Positions 40,219 through 51,776 of a stretch of 64,000 nucleotides of DNA are shown piece by piece (the stretch's first letter is position 1; each line of letters opens with the position of its first letter). Both the position numbers and the translations under genes were made by a program. The notes below the pieces were generated by a model. That model made no database searches and had not been told where the DNA came from. It worked only from the letters and a program-made list of their open reading frames with translations. This DNA is from Protoeuglena noctilucae (Eukaryota), in contig OY253674.1 in assembly GCA_958009085.1 (NCBI GenBank), positions 1,054,001 to 1,118,000 on the forward strand, given 5' to 3'.

Positions 40219-43200
40219 TCATAGCCCAAGCTCGCAGCCCGAGCTCACAGCCCCATCCCAGAGGCCCACGAAGGAGAAGTGCCGGCCCAGCACAACCTCC
40301 ACGTCCTGCCCGTCCACGCGCCCCTTCACGGCCGGGAACGCCTCCGCTGCCTTCCGCAGCTCCCCCGCGTCCCGGCTCGCCAGCCACAGCGCCACGCCCT
40401 CCGCCGCGTCCTTGACGTCGCGGGTCAAAGCCGCCTGGTCCACCACCACGCAGGGCCTGGCCAGCATCACCTCGACCCCGCACGCCAGCGCGTCGGAGCC
40501 CACCGTCGACTCCTCGCGAGCTATCGCCACGGCCCAGGCAGGCGGCCCCTCGGTCGGCACGGCCCCGAGCGTCTCGGCCACCGACGCGCCGTGCTCGGCC
40601 AGCGCCTGCCGCAGCGCGCCCGCGTTGCCGCCCGTGACGCGGAGGAAGACGGCGACGCGGTCGGACGGGCTCAGCCCCGCCTGCTTGCGGAGCTTCTGCA
40701 CCCGGTTCACCACCTCCCGCGCCATGCCTGCCCTCGCCAGCCCCTCGTCCGCCATCAGGTCCGCCACCACCAGCACCTCCCCGTCCCCTGCCGCGTCCAT
40801 GGTCCCCGGTTCGACCCCCTGCGGCGACTTGAAGTCCCGCTTTACCTGCACCTCCTCCAGCAGCACCGTGTGCCCCGCCACCGCCAGCGACCCCGACCGC
40901 TCCAGGGCCGACAGGTCCTCGAACGTCAGCGCCTTGATGGCCTGCGAAGAGAGACACGAGAGATGCGTTGTGCTTGGGTCGCTGTGCGCAGCATTTATTG
41001 TGGCGTGCCATCTCACTCGGCATCACCTAGTGCGCTCGGCTTACCTGCGCCACCTTGGGCATGTCCCTCTCCACCCCTCCCCCTCACCTGCGCCACCTTG
41101 GGCATGTCCTTCCCGACCTTCTTCCCCAGGGCCTGGAAGTCCGGCTGGGCCCGCACCGTGCAGTACTGCTGCAGGTCAGAGCACGTCTCCAGGGTCACCA
41201 CGTTGCACTCCTCCATCACGAACTCCCTGCGAAGACATAAGGACGAGGCAGTAAGCAAGCAATCACGGATCCATGATCAGTCATAGCAGAAGCACTGCCC
41301 ATGCAAACGACTGGCACGCTGGACAAAGCATGCGGTTGGCCAATTGCGGGGTTACTAAAACAGCCAACGTGACGATCGGCGTGCTCGCCTGAGCTCCCCC
41401 GAGAGGTCGCTGAGGAAGTCCGGGTCGGTGTGGACGACCACGATGCGCCGGAGGGGCGTCTTGACGGGGCGGTTGTGGCGGTCGCGGATGATGCGGGCCA
41501 TCTCCGTCACGCGCATCATGCGGGACACTGCGGGTGGGGGTGCAGGTCAGGGTGAATGCAACGAGGGTGCCATGTCATGCTCGGACACCCATGCTGCGAA
41601 CGCGAGCGGGTTGGCGAAGCGCAACGCAACAAGGGTACCCCACCCCGCCCCAGCCCTCCCTTACCCGAGGCCTCGATGCGCTTGTCCTCGGCGTGCGCAT
41701 CGACCTTGGCAGGGATCTCGTAGAAGTGCACTGCGGGCGATGTGCGACATGGTCATCGGTGAACCGCAGCATCAGCACGACTGCTCAGCGTCCTAGAGCT
41801 AAGCATTTGAGCTGTTGGCAGTCTCCTGCTCATCGGAGCGTATGCATCCCAGTGCATGCAGCTCTAACCCTTATGCCACCCATGCGCCCCTCGCCTGACT
41901 CCGGGAGGGTGGGGTCCACGGCCCTGAGGTTCTGGTACATGTGCTCGGTGAAGAAGGGCGTGAAGGGCGCCATGACGCGGCAGGTGGTGAGGAGGGCGTT
42001 GTAGAGCGCCGCCAGGGCCATCCGACAGTCGGCGTCACCGCGCACGCCCTTGAGCCTGCGGGGGTCGCCAGTGCTACCACTTTGCTCTCGCCAACAAGCA
42101 TCATTGCCACCTGTACCACCGCGCTCTCGCCCATCCTCCCGCAGAGCACCCCGCATCTCACGCCTGCACTGCACAGTTCACAGTCCCCGGCGCCCTCACC
42201 TCTTGCGGTTGAATCGCACGTAGATGTTGGTGAGCCCCTCGATGAAGGCCACCAGGGCCGGCACCACCGTGTAGAGCCGGTACGCCGCCATCTCGTCCCG
42301 CACCGCGTTGACGAGCGTGCGCGTGGCCGAGCACACCCACCGGTCCAGGACGTTCGTGGCGGCGTCCAGGCTCTGGTCCGCGGGCGAGAAGGGGCGGCTC
42401 GTGTCCTCGCCCACGCGCCTGGCGTTCTGTACGAAGAAGCGGTAGGCGTTGTACCAGGGCAGGAACACGTCCTTGACCACCGCGAAGACCCCCTCCTCCT
42501 TGAACCGCAGCGGCTCGGCGCGCACGACGGGCGAGTTGATGAGGTAGAGCCGGAGCGCGTCCGCGCCGTACTTGGCGATGACGTCGTTGGGGTCGGGGTA
42601 GTTCTGCAGTCGCTTGGACATCTTCTTGCCGTCCGCGGCCAGCACGAGGCCGTTGCAGACGAGGTTTTTGAAGGCCGGGCGGTCGAAGAGCGCCGTGGAT
42701 AGCACCATGAGGGTGTAGAACCACCCGCGCGTCTGGTCGAGACCCTCAGCAATGAAGTCGGCAGGGAAGTTGCGCTCGAAGAGCTCCTTGTTCTCGAAGG
42801 GGTAGTGCAGCTGGGCGTAGGGCATCGCACCCGACTCGAACCAGCAGTCAAAGACGTCCTCGACCCGACGCAGTGGGGGCATACCGGGGCGCTGGCTGGG
42901 GATGGTGAGGTGGTCGATGAAGTGGCGGTGCAGGTCGGTGACCTTGGCGCCCGTCAGCGACTCGAGCTCCGCGATGGACCCCACCACGACCGCCTCCTCC
43001 CCATCCTCGCTGCGCCAGATGGGCATGGGGGTGCCCCAGAAGCGGGACCGTGACACGGCCCAGTCGTGCGCGCCCTGCGGGTGTGGAGAGGAGCGGTATT
43101 TTGATACTTTCTTATCGATCACGGCGCCCGCCAAGCAAGGCAATGTCTAGCAGGTGACGCAGGTGACGGTCACATACCCACACCCAGCAGGCGGCCAGGC

Positions 43201-45734
43201 GAGGTCGCTTGATAGTCCAAACTTGACGTCAGCAGATGTGTCCTCACCTCGAGCCAGTTGTGGAATCGCTTCTCCTTGACGTACTGCGGCACCCAGTAGG
43301 TCTCCGCGTTGTTCTTGAGCAGCTGGTCCTTGATGCGCTCCACGGCCACGAACCACGACGGCACCGCCCGGTAGATGAGGGGCGTGTCGGAGCGCCAGCA
43401 GTAGGGGTACGAGTGCACCTGCGTCTGGTTGTCCACCAGCCGGCCCATCTCCTTGATCATCTGCGGGAGACGGAGGGAAGGGAGGCAAGGTTCTCACACA
43501 GGCACTGCACCACCGATCCCAGCACCTTCGCTGCCTGCTGTTGCACTAATCCACCCTTGCGCTGCTGGCACCCTCAGCAAGATCATCCGAGCCCTACATC
43601 CCTTGCCCCTTCCCCACTCATCCCCCGCATCCACTCATTTGGATGTGTCACATTCACTCACCCACTCAACCCCAATCATCAACTCGCCTGGATGATGTCC
43701 CGGTCGGCGTCCTTGACGAACCTCCCCGCGTGCTCCTTCACGGGCTCCATGAAGCGCCCGTCGTCGTCTACGGGGCAAGGGACGCGCTCCCCCTTGGCCA
43801 CGATGCCCTGCTCGATGCAGACGCGGTAGTCGTCCTCGCCAAACGCAGGCGCGCAGTGCACCACGCCCGTCCCCGAGTCGCTCGTCACGTAGCCGTCGCA
43901 GACCACGCGGAAGGACGTCCCGCGGCGGTGCGCATAGTAGCCGAACAGCGGCTCGTACTCCAGGCCGCCCAGCTCGGAGCCCTTCACCTTCTGCGGGGCG
44001 GGGCGGTGGGTGGGGCTAGTGGTCTAAAGAGGAGGCGGGGGCAGGATACTGACGAAGTCATGGGCGAAACCATCTTAAGGCAGCCCATGGGTGCATATGC
44101 CACAAGCACGCTTATGGAATGAAAGGCGATAAGCCACTTGTCGCCTCCACGGCACGCATGCACCCCTTCAACCCCGTCCCCCCACTCGCGCATATCCCCT
44201 CCTCACCTGCAGCACCTCCCACCCCACTTCGTCCTTCTTCCCCTTCCCCTTCTTGGCCACCGCCCCGGGAATCGCCTCCATCCGGCACTCGGCCACGACA
44301 TACACCCGCCCCGACCGAGGGTCCCTCGCCCGCACGTACTCCATCTCTGGGTTGACGCACAGGCACAGGTTGGAGGGCAGGGTCCAGGGCGTGGTGGTCC
44401 ATGCCACGAGCGACGCGCCGTCCTTATCCCCCACGATCGGGAACGACACCATGATGGCCGGGTCGGGGACGTCCTTGTAGTTGAGCCCGGCCTCGAAGTT
44501 GCTCAGCGGCGTGGAGCAGGCCGCCGAGTAGGGCATGACCTTGTACCCCTGGTACACGAGGCCCTTGGCGTGGAGCTGCTTGAAGACCCACCACACGGAC
44601 TCCATGAACCAGGGGTAGAGGGTCTTGTAGTCGTCCTTGAAGTCGATCCACCGGCCCAGGCGCGTCACGGTCGACTCCCACTCGCCCGCGTAGCGCATCA
44701 CGATCGACCGGCACTCCTCGTTGTACTTGTCGATGCCCATGCGCAGCACGTCGGCCCTGGGGGCGAGGGCAGAAGCAGAGCGGTTGCGGCCTTGGTATGG
44801 CCAGGCACCATTGGGTGAGTTGGGCTTGCTTGCGAGTCTGCATGTGGGTGTTGGCATGGCCTTATCCCGTCGTGCTTTCCCTGCCTCACCTGTTGCTGAT
44901 GCCAAGCTTCTTGTCGATCTCGTACTCCACCGGCAGCCCGTGCGTGTCCCACCCAAAGCGGCGCATGACGTGGAACCCGGTCATGGACGCATACCTTGTG
45001 ACGATGTCCTTGATGGTGCCAGCTGAAGGAGCAGAAAACCAAAAATGATCAATATATGTATAACATGCAATGCAAAGACATTGTCAGCTCCCTCATGGCA
45101 CGCCCCACGTACCCAGGATGTGCCCATAGTGGGGCTTGCCCGTCGCGAAGGGCGGGCCATCGTAGAAGATGTACTCGGGCTTGCCCTCGGTGCGGCGGAG
45201 CTGCTCCTTGAACGCGTCGATCGACTCCCAGTACTTGAGGACGTTCTCCTCCTCCCCGGGGAAGGAGAAGTCCTTGCCTTCAATCACGTCCTGCGGACAG
45301 CCAGCAGGTGGGCTCTTCTTGAGTGATGGCCGATCACAGCGCCGAGGAAGCAACGCGAATCGAGAAGAGCAGGCGCGAGGAGGCGGCGCGGGGAAGGCGG
45401 GAATCGCGCTGAAACTGCGGCGGCTCGGATGGCGTGCAGTCCGCGTGAGAACGGCGCATCCAGGCGATACCCGGACGTGGCAGGCTGCCCGTGTGCAGCA
45501 TACCCATCCAACTTGTCACAATATGGCAGAGGCTCGAACGAGGACGCGGCGGCAAGGGCGGCGAGAGGCCAAGGGAGCTCAGCCTCCAGCGGCAACCCAG
45601 GGCCCTGCGTTTCCGATCCTTTCGGCATGCCAATACCACGCATACAACGGCCGCGTGTCCGGCAGACACTCGTCGCTCGATAACGTCGCCGCATCGCTGC
45701 AGGGCGACCGCGTGTGCCTCACCTTCAGCAACAT
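40219..45734 (-). CDS. IARS1: Isoleucyl-tRNA synthetase, cytosolic (IleRS2-type)
   Basis: [88 protein letters not shown] and KKMSKR. A 4-codon first exon (MLLK, 45734-45723) is inferred. Confidence 0.96.
41043..41109 (-). repeat. Exact 24-nt duplication (43-nt period) of an IleRS exon end plus GT donor
   Basis: ACCTGCGCCACCTTGGGCATGTCC occurs at 41043-41066 and 41086-41109. Confidence 0.92.
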
Positions 45735-46231
45735 GCTGGCGCCAACCCCATGCGCGCAAATCAAGGGGCAGAGATCTGCTGACGGGTTACGTATGTCGTT
45801 TTGCGTTCGCTCAGATGCCTAGCGGATGCGCAACTCCGCTCTGCACCGCGATTGAGCGGCGGGGGGATCCAGGAAGATCGACGGTGCAGCGCGTCGTGCA
45901 CTGCTCGGTCCCGCAAGTCCTCAACTGCAATATTGAGCCGCAGGGATTGCCAAATCCCCGCCGCGGGACACGCCGGCGCTGCCGGTCTCTGACACATCGG
46001 GCTGCGAGTGCGCGCTGCAGCAGCGGCCGCGCGAGGGGTGCGATAAGAAAACTTGCCCCATTCGTCTCCACGGAACCCACTGCGACCGTCGGCGCGGCCC
46101 GCGCTCCGTACGAGAGCTTCTCGAACGCGTCGCGGAGCTTCGGGGGCCACCGGGGCCGCGCGTGACTCAGCGTGTGACTTTAATCTCTTCTGCAATTCCT
46201 GTTCGCGTGAACTGCGTGCCCTCTCGTCGCC

Positions 46232-49200
46232 ATGGCGCCCGCGCTCCACCCCGGCGCTACATCTGCCGCGGCCAAGCAGGGTGAGGGCGGCTCGCGCCTC
46301 ACTCACGAGAAACAGAAAAGCTTCGTGACCCTGTCGTGCACGCGTCTGCGGGCTCGGCACAGCCGGCGCGCCGCGGGTCGTGTGGGTGGCCCCCGCCCGC
46401 TGGGCGCATTGGATCCCAGGCCCTGGGGCGGCCGCCCTCGCAATGCGTGGATGCGCGCGGATGGGGTGCTGTCTGTGCTGCTATTATATATGCGTGACGG
46501 CCCGAGAGGGACCTGACCTGACTCGAATCCCTCGTTGGCAGGCTTGCGCCGAGTCCTCCTCCCCTCCTGTTGCATCCCCGCAGCTCCGGCGCCTCAAGTC
46601 GCGCGCCGCTCGTGTCAGGCGCGCTCCCTCCGCAACGACCATCGCCTGTTCGTCAGCGCACCGGCCGAGGCGGTGCTCGCTGCGCCTGGGCTGGGCAAGG
46701 CGCCCGAGGCTCGCGATGGTGCCACCGTGCACAGCGCGACGAGGCACGCCAAGAAGGGCGGGTCCGTGGGCAGCCATCCACTCCTGTCGCCCTCCCCCTC
46801 TTACGATGCCCGTGAGGTGACTACAGCACCCTCAGATGCACCCGCGGCCACAGTGGTAGGCAGGGGCCTGCCGACGCTGCACACCTGTCGACTGGCAGGG
46901 CTTGCAGGGGATTGAACATTGCTCAGGTATTCACCCGCAGCCGAGTGCCTCGGACCGTGGTGGGGTGATCGACCTGGACCGTCGCCTGATGACCGACGCG
47001 GCTGACCTCCTCACCGACTACCTGGCCTCCTCGGCAGACCCCAGGGAGCCTGTCGTCAGGCAAGCACTGCGTGTGTGCCTCGTCATTGACGCTTGCTATA
47101 TTCTAAGAGACAATAACAGGGTGTCCATGAGCCGTGAGCGCCTGCATCAAGGCTGATGTATGCGACGCTGATGTACCGCGGTGTCTCTTCGCGCAGGCTG
47201 GCTAGCCCCCAGGAGCTCCGCGAGGCATTCGACGGCGCGGGTGTGCCCCTCGACATCGACGACTGCCAGCAGCCAGGTGGGTCAGAGAGTGGCGTTGTGT
47301 GACGGCGGCGCGCAGGACAGCACCAGGGACGTTGCTCCATCGCCGTGTGCTCCCACTGACCGCCCTCACATTCTGCCGCAGTTGGGGGAGGTCAGGTGCT
47401 CGACTCTCTGAAGACGGTGCTGCGTTACTCTGTGCGGATGCAGAGCCCCCTTTTCTTCAACCAGCTCAGGCAAGTGAAAGGCTTTGTGGTGCACTCGCCA
47501 TCCCTGCCAGTCAATCACTCGGCCCAGCCTCACCGCAACGCCGCCCCGCGACTGCAGTGCTCGGCCAGATGCCGTGGGGGTGGTGGGGGACTGGGTCGTG
47601 GCAGCCGCGCACGCACCCGTCCACACGTTCGAGGTGTCCCCGGTCTTCACCGAGGCAGAGAAGGCCGTGCTCAGGCGAGTGCCGAGATGTGCTGTGTGCT
47701 GTGCATGGCATGCGTCCCGTGCTCTGTGCCTGTCTGCTTCGAAGTGACCCTGAGCTGGCGGCTCACGTCCACCCCAACCCCGTCCTCGTCCCGCAGCAAG
47801 ATGGCCCGGTGCATCGGGGGCGCCTACGCTGCGGCTCACGACGGCCTCTTCGTGCCCGGCGGCTCCATCGCCAACCTCTACGGTCTGCTGCTGGCCCGGC
47901 ACGCCAAGTTCCCCTCGTCGCGGGACGAGGGCCTCGCGGGGCTGCCCCGCATGGCCGTCTTCTGCTCCGAGCAGGCGCACTTCTCCGTGCGCAAGTGCGC
48001 GGCGGTGGCGGGGCTCGGTATGGCCTCCGTGGTACCCGTCCCCTGCGACGCGCGGGGCCGCATGCGACCGGACGCCCTGCGCGCAAAGATCCGCGAGGTC
48101 TCGGAGAGAGGCGAGTGACGCTGGCCGTGGGTTGGACGGCCACGAGGGCTCACGACACCCGTCGAGGCTGCCATGGTTCGGGCTTGGCTAGCTGGGATCT
48201 GTATAAGGAACGTTTACGGTTTGCGACCCCATCGCGACCCTCGCCGCCCTCTCTGCAGGCGTCGTGCCGCTGTGCGTCTTTGCCACGGCTGGCACGACCG
48301 TGCTGGGGGGCTTCGATCCGCTTTGCGCCGTGCACGACGTGTGCCGGGAGATGGAGGTCTGGATGCACGTGGACGGCTCGTGGGGCGCGTCGGTGATGCT
48401 GTCCGAGCGCCACCGGGGCCTGGTGGACGGCATCGGTGAGGAGCGCTGGGCCACTGCTCGGCAGCTCGCCCTGCGCTCGCGATGGTTGCGGCTCTCATCC
48501 CTGGCTGCTCAGTCGATGAGGATTCTAGGGACTTTTTGCTGTTTCTGATCCCTCACAGAGTTGGCAGACAGCGTGGCGTGGTCTCCGCACAAGATGCTCG
48601 GGGCGCCCCTGCAGTGCTCGGCGGTGCTGACGCGGCACGTGGGGGCCCTGGCCGACTGCAACTCGACGCACGCGGAGTACCTGTACCAGCCGGACAAGCT
48701 GCACGCCGACTGCGACCTCGGAGACAAGGCGAGCGGTGGTCTGCTCCGGGATCGGCCCTTGCCTGTGCGCCACATCCCAGGGTCCGTGCCACGATAAACG
48801 CCTCTGTGCACTGCCCTGCCCCTGTGTTAACTGACAGCTCCCCGCCCACTCGGCCACCGCAGAGCATTCAGTGCAGCCGCCGCGCCGACGCCTTCAAGGC
48901 CTGGTTGATGTGGAAGGCACGAGGAGACGTGGCTCTGGCCCAGCGGGTGGACCGGTCCCTGGACCTGGCCTCTCACTTTGCCCAGAAGGCGCAGGCGCAC
49001 CCATCGGGGGCCTTCCGCCTCGTGGCACCCCGCAATGGCGCCAACGTGTGCTTCTGGGTGCTGCCGGAGCGCATGCGGGTCGCGGCGGGCGGGGCGAGCG
49101 CCAACCCGGCATCTGGAGCGTCGTGGGCTCAGTCGCTGGGCCCGGAGGACCGGGAGGCGCTGGCAGCAGTGGCGCCGGTCGTGAAGCGTCGGATGCAGGC

Positions 49201-49348
49201 GGCGGGGGACGCGATGGTGGGGTACCAGCCCCTGGGGGACCTCCCGCCCTTCTTCCGCATGGTCGTCGTGAACGGCGATGGCGTGGAGGAGTCCCACCTC
49301 GACGCTGTGCTCGACCGCATGGCGTACGTCTACTCGTCGGGCCTGTGA
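46232..49348 (+). CDS. Group II PLP-dependent decarboxylase (animal-type GAD/CSAD/GADL1 clade) with transit-like N-terminus
   Basis: [69 protein letters not shown] (PLP lysine), [43 protein letters not shown] and FFRMV. Confidence 0.92.
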
Positions 49349-49443
49349 CGCGCGCCCAATGCGACGTTGAATGCGAACGCGTGGCAATGCATGGCAGGCA
49401 GTCAGAGTGACCATTGCAAGTGCAGTGCAAGTGCAGTGCAAAG

Positions 49444-50988
49444 CTACACCAGCGCCAGTGGCATCGCACCGCGGCTGGCCATGCATGATATCACACGCAG
49501 GTGCCTGGCGTGGGCCTCCTTGTCGAAACGCAGAGCCGCACACAGCAACGGCGTCCTGCCCTCCGCGTCGCGCGTCCCTAGCACCGCCCCCGCGTCCAGC
49601 AGTGCCTCCGCGCACGGTGCGTGCTCCACCAGGTGCAGCGGCGTCCTTCCCCGCACATCCGCCGCCCCCACATCCGCGCCCGCCGCCAGCAGCAGCCGCG
49701 TCGACTCCAGCGCCGCCTGCTCGTCCGGCCCACACACCGCGACGTGCAGCGCGGTGAGCCCCTCTGCGCTGGCGTACCTGACGTTTGCGCCCATCTTGAT
49801 CAGTGCACGGACGGCGTCGATGCGACCGTCCTTGCAAGCCGCCTGCAGAGGGGACAGGTAGCCGTCCACGCCCTGGACGCCCGCCCCGTGCATGTGCCCC
49901 GCCAGCCACCGCACCACCTCCCCGTCCGCCGCCACGTGCATGACAGTCCTGCCACGCCACGAGAAAAGGCCGGCCGTGGCACCCAGCTTGACCAGCATCT
50001 CCATGACAGGGAGGTCGCCGTTGCGAACCGCATGTGCCAGTGCTGTCAGCCCCCCATCCTCGGCCTGGACGTCCGCCCCCGCCTCCGCCAGCCACCTCAC
50101 GATGCCTGGAGTCGGGTGACCTTGGCACACGTAAGCCAATGCCTGGTTGCGACCGCATGGCCCGACCAGGGCCGACGCCCCCGCCTCCAGCAGCACCTGC
50201 ACCACCGCCTCGTGAGCCCAGTACGCTGCATGCACCAGCGCCGTCCACCGTTTCCGGCAGAAGTCGCCGCTCGCCGCGTCCACCTCCGCCCCCGCTGCCA
50301 GGCAAGCCTTCACCGCCTCCAAGCACCCCCGCCCTGCGCAGTACGTCATCAGCGGCCATGCTCCATGCAGCCGACGGTTGACGTCCGCCCCCATCGCCAG
50401 CGCCCCCCGCACCATCCGCGCCACCTCCTCGTCCCCCAGCGCGTACGCCCACTCCACCTCCCCGCCTGCCCCACGCCCCACGGGCCGTCGCGCTCGCACC
50501 GCCACCACCAGCGGCGACTGGTCGATGTCCCACTCGTGTCGTACGGTCCAGGAGATGCCGTTGAGGTTTGATGCCTCCGCAACCAGCTCCGCCAGCCACC
50601 ACAGCCCCAGGCTTGCCAAGTGGTGCGCGTGGGACCCATCAAACGCGTACACCGCCAGCGGAACGCAGTCGAGCTCCATCTCGCGCGTGCATCTCTTAAC
50701 ATGCTCGCGAAGGGCGTTTTTCATGCCACCCATCGTGGCCCGGATGCCCCACGCCCTCCACACCTCGTCCACCTCGTCGCGCATCTCCCGCGACACCTGC
50801 CGCGCCGCCTTCGCGTCGGCCAGGGGTACCAGGCGCAGGATCTCACGGTGCAGCTCCCCAGGGAGGTCGTTCCACCCTGCGGGCGCGCGTGGCTGCTTAG
50901 GAATAGGGACGGACACTGACGCAGACACTCGCTCCGCCCCGACCATCCGCTGCGCCTCACCCACGGTCGCGCCAGCAAAGCCGCTCAT
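49444..50988 (-). CDS. F-box-like plus ankyrin-repeat protein (paralogue 1)
   Basis: WNDLPGELHREILRLV...RQVSREMR (F-box-like) followed by multiple TALH/TPLH...LL.AGAD ankyrin repeats. Essentially single-exon after a short 5' intron. Confidence 0.85.
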   Translation of the reverse strand: MSGFAGATVGEAQRMVGAERVSASVSVPIPKQPRAPAGWNDLPGELHREILRLVPLADAKAARQVSREMRDEVDEVWRAWGIRATMGGMKNALREHVKRCTREMELDCVPLAVYAFDGSHAHHLASLGLWWLAELVAEASNLNGISWTVRHEWDIDQSPLVVAVRARRPVGRGAGGEVEWAYALGDEEVARMVRGALAMGADVNRRLHGAWPLMTYCAGRGCLEAVKACLAAGAEVDAASGDFCRKRWTALVHAAYWAHEAVVQVLLEAGASALVGPCGRNQALAYVCQGHPTPGIVRWLAEAGADVQAEDGGLTALAHAVRNGDLPVMEMLVKLGATAGLFSWRGRTVMHVAADGEVVRWLAGHMHGAGVQGVDGYLSPLQAACKDGRIDAVRALIKMGANVRYASAEGLTALHVAVCGPDEQAALESTRLLLAAGADVGAADVRGRTPLHLVEHAPCAEALLDAGAVLGTRDAEGRTPLLCAALRFDKEAHARHLRVISCMASRGAMPLALV

Positions 50989-51471
50989 TTATATGATGCC
51001 GTCCTGAACGCTCGCGCGAGCAGTCACCAGGCCTTCTCTGCGGGGAAACAAGCAAGTTGAAATGCGACGATGCAGCTCTCCGCGCTACTGGGCGCGGCCG
51101 TGGAATTTACGCGACACCTCGACGCTATGTGGTTGTTGGCACCTTAAAGTGCTCTCCAACCTCCGAGCTAGCTCCGAACGGGGACCAATCGCAGCGCAAA
51201 CCCCAGCACTGCCTCAGCACTGCTCTTGAATCCCCATACAGCCGCAGAATACACAGGCTCTCTTCATGTGATTGTCGTACTTTGTTGTCTGCGCGCAGTG
51301 CTTGGTACACTGCACCCCAGCCCTCGAGATTTTCAGTACATCGCTCACTGCATCACTCACACTTGGCATTCAACCGTGGCGCAGTATTGTGGCGCAGTAT
51401 TCCAGTTCCTGCAAAGACTTGCCTTGTGCAGCTGACAGCCGAGGCGTCCACGCTGCAGCCTTTCACCCCTG

Positions 51472-51499
51472 CCCTCAGCTGTCGCCTGAGCCATGGCTG
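51472..51499. repeat. 28-nt non-coding direct repeat, copy 1
   Basis: CCCTCAGCTGTCGCCTGAGCCATGGCTG, identical to 54249-54276. Confidence 0.9.
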
Positions 51500-51776
51500 T
51501 TCAAAAGGCCACGTGCGTCAATGCTTGCGCCGGGTAACAACACCCTCCGCTCCCCGCTATGCCATGCTTGACCCATCGACAGTGCGCCACGTAAGCCCGG
51601 CGGCCCACTGCGCAAAGGCCGCGCTCACGGCCTGGGGCATGGCGTCGCCACCGGCCGTGTCGCCTGGACGGCCGCCCAGCGCCTCCGTGCTGCAAGTGCA
51701 AGGCAACGGGCTGCACGTGAGCCCTTGTCAGCCACAGCCACTTCTAAGCCGCGGACAGCAGTTGCACTCGCCTAGG

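Noticed and set aside
45120..45150. Ile[11 protein letters not shown] instead of the usual ATGLPHYGH
   Set aside because: A single substitution beside an intact HIGH-type motif; no basis for a functional claim.
49416..49442. GCAAGTGCAGT short tandem repeat between convergent genes
   Set aside because: Short microsatellite-like sequence in 3'UTRs.
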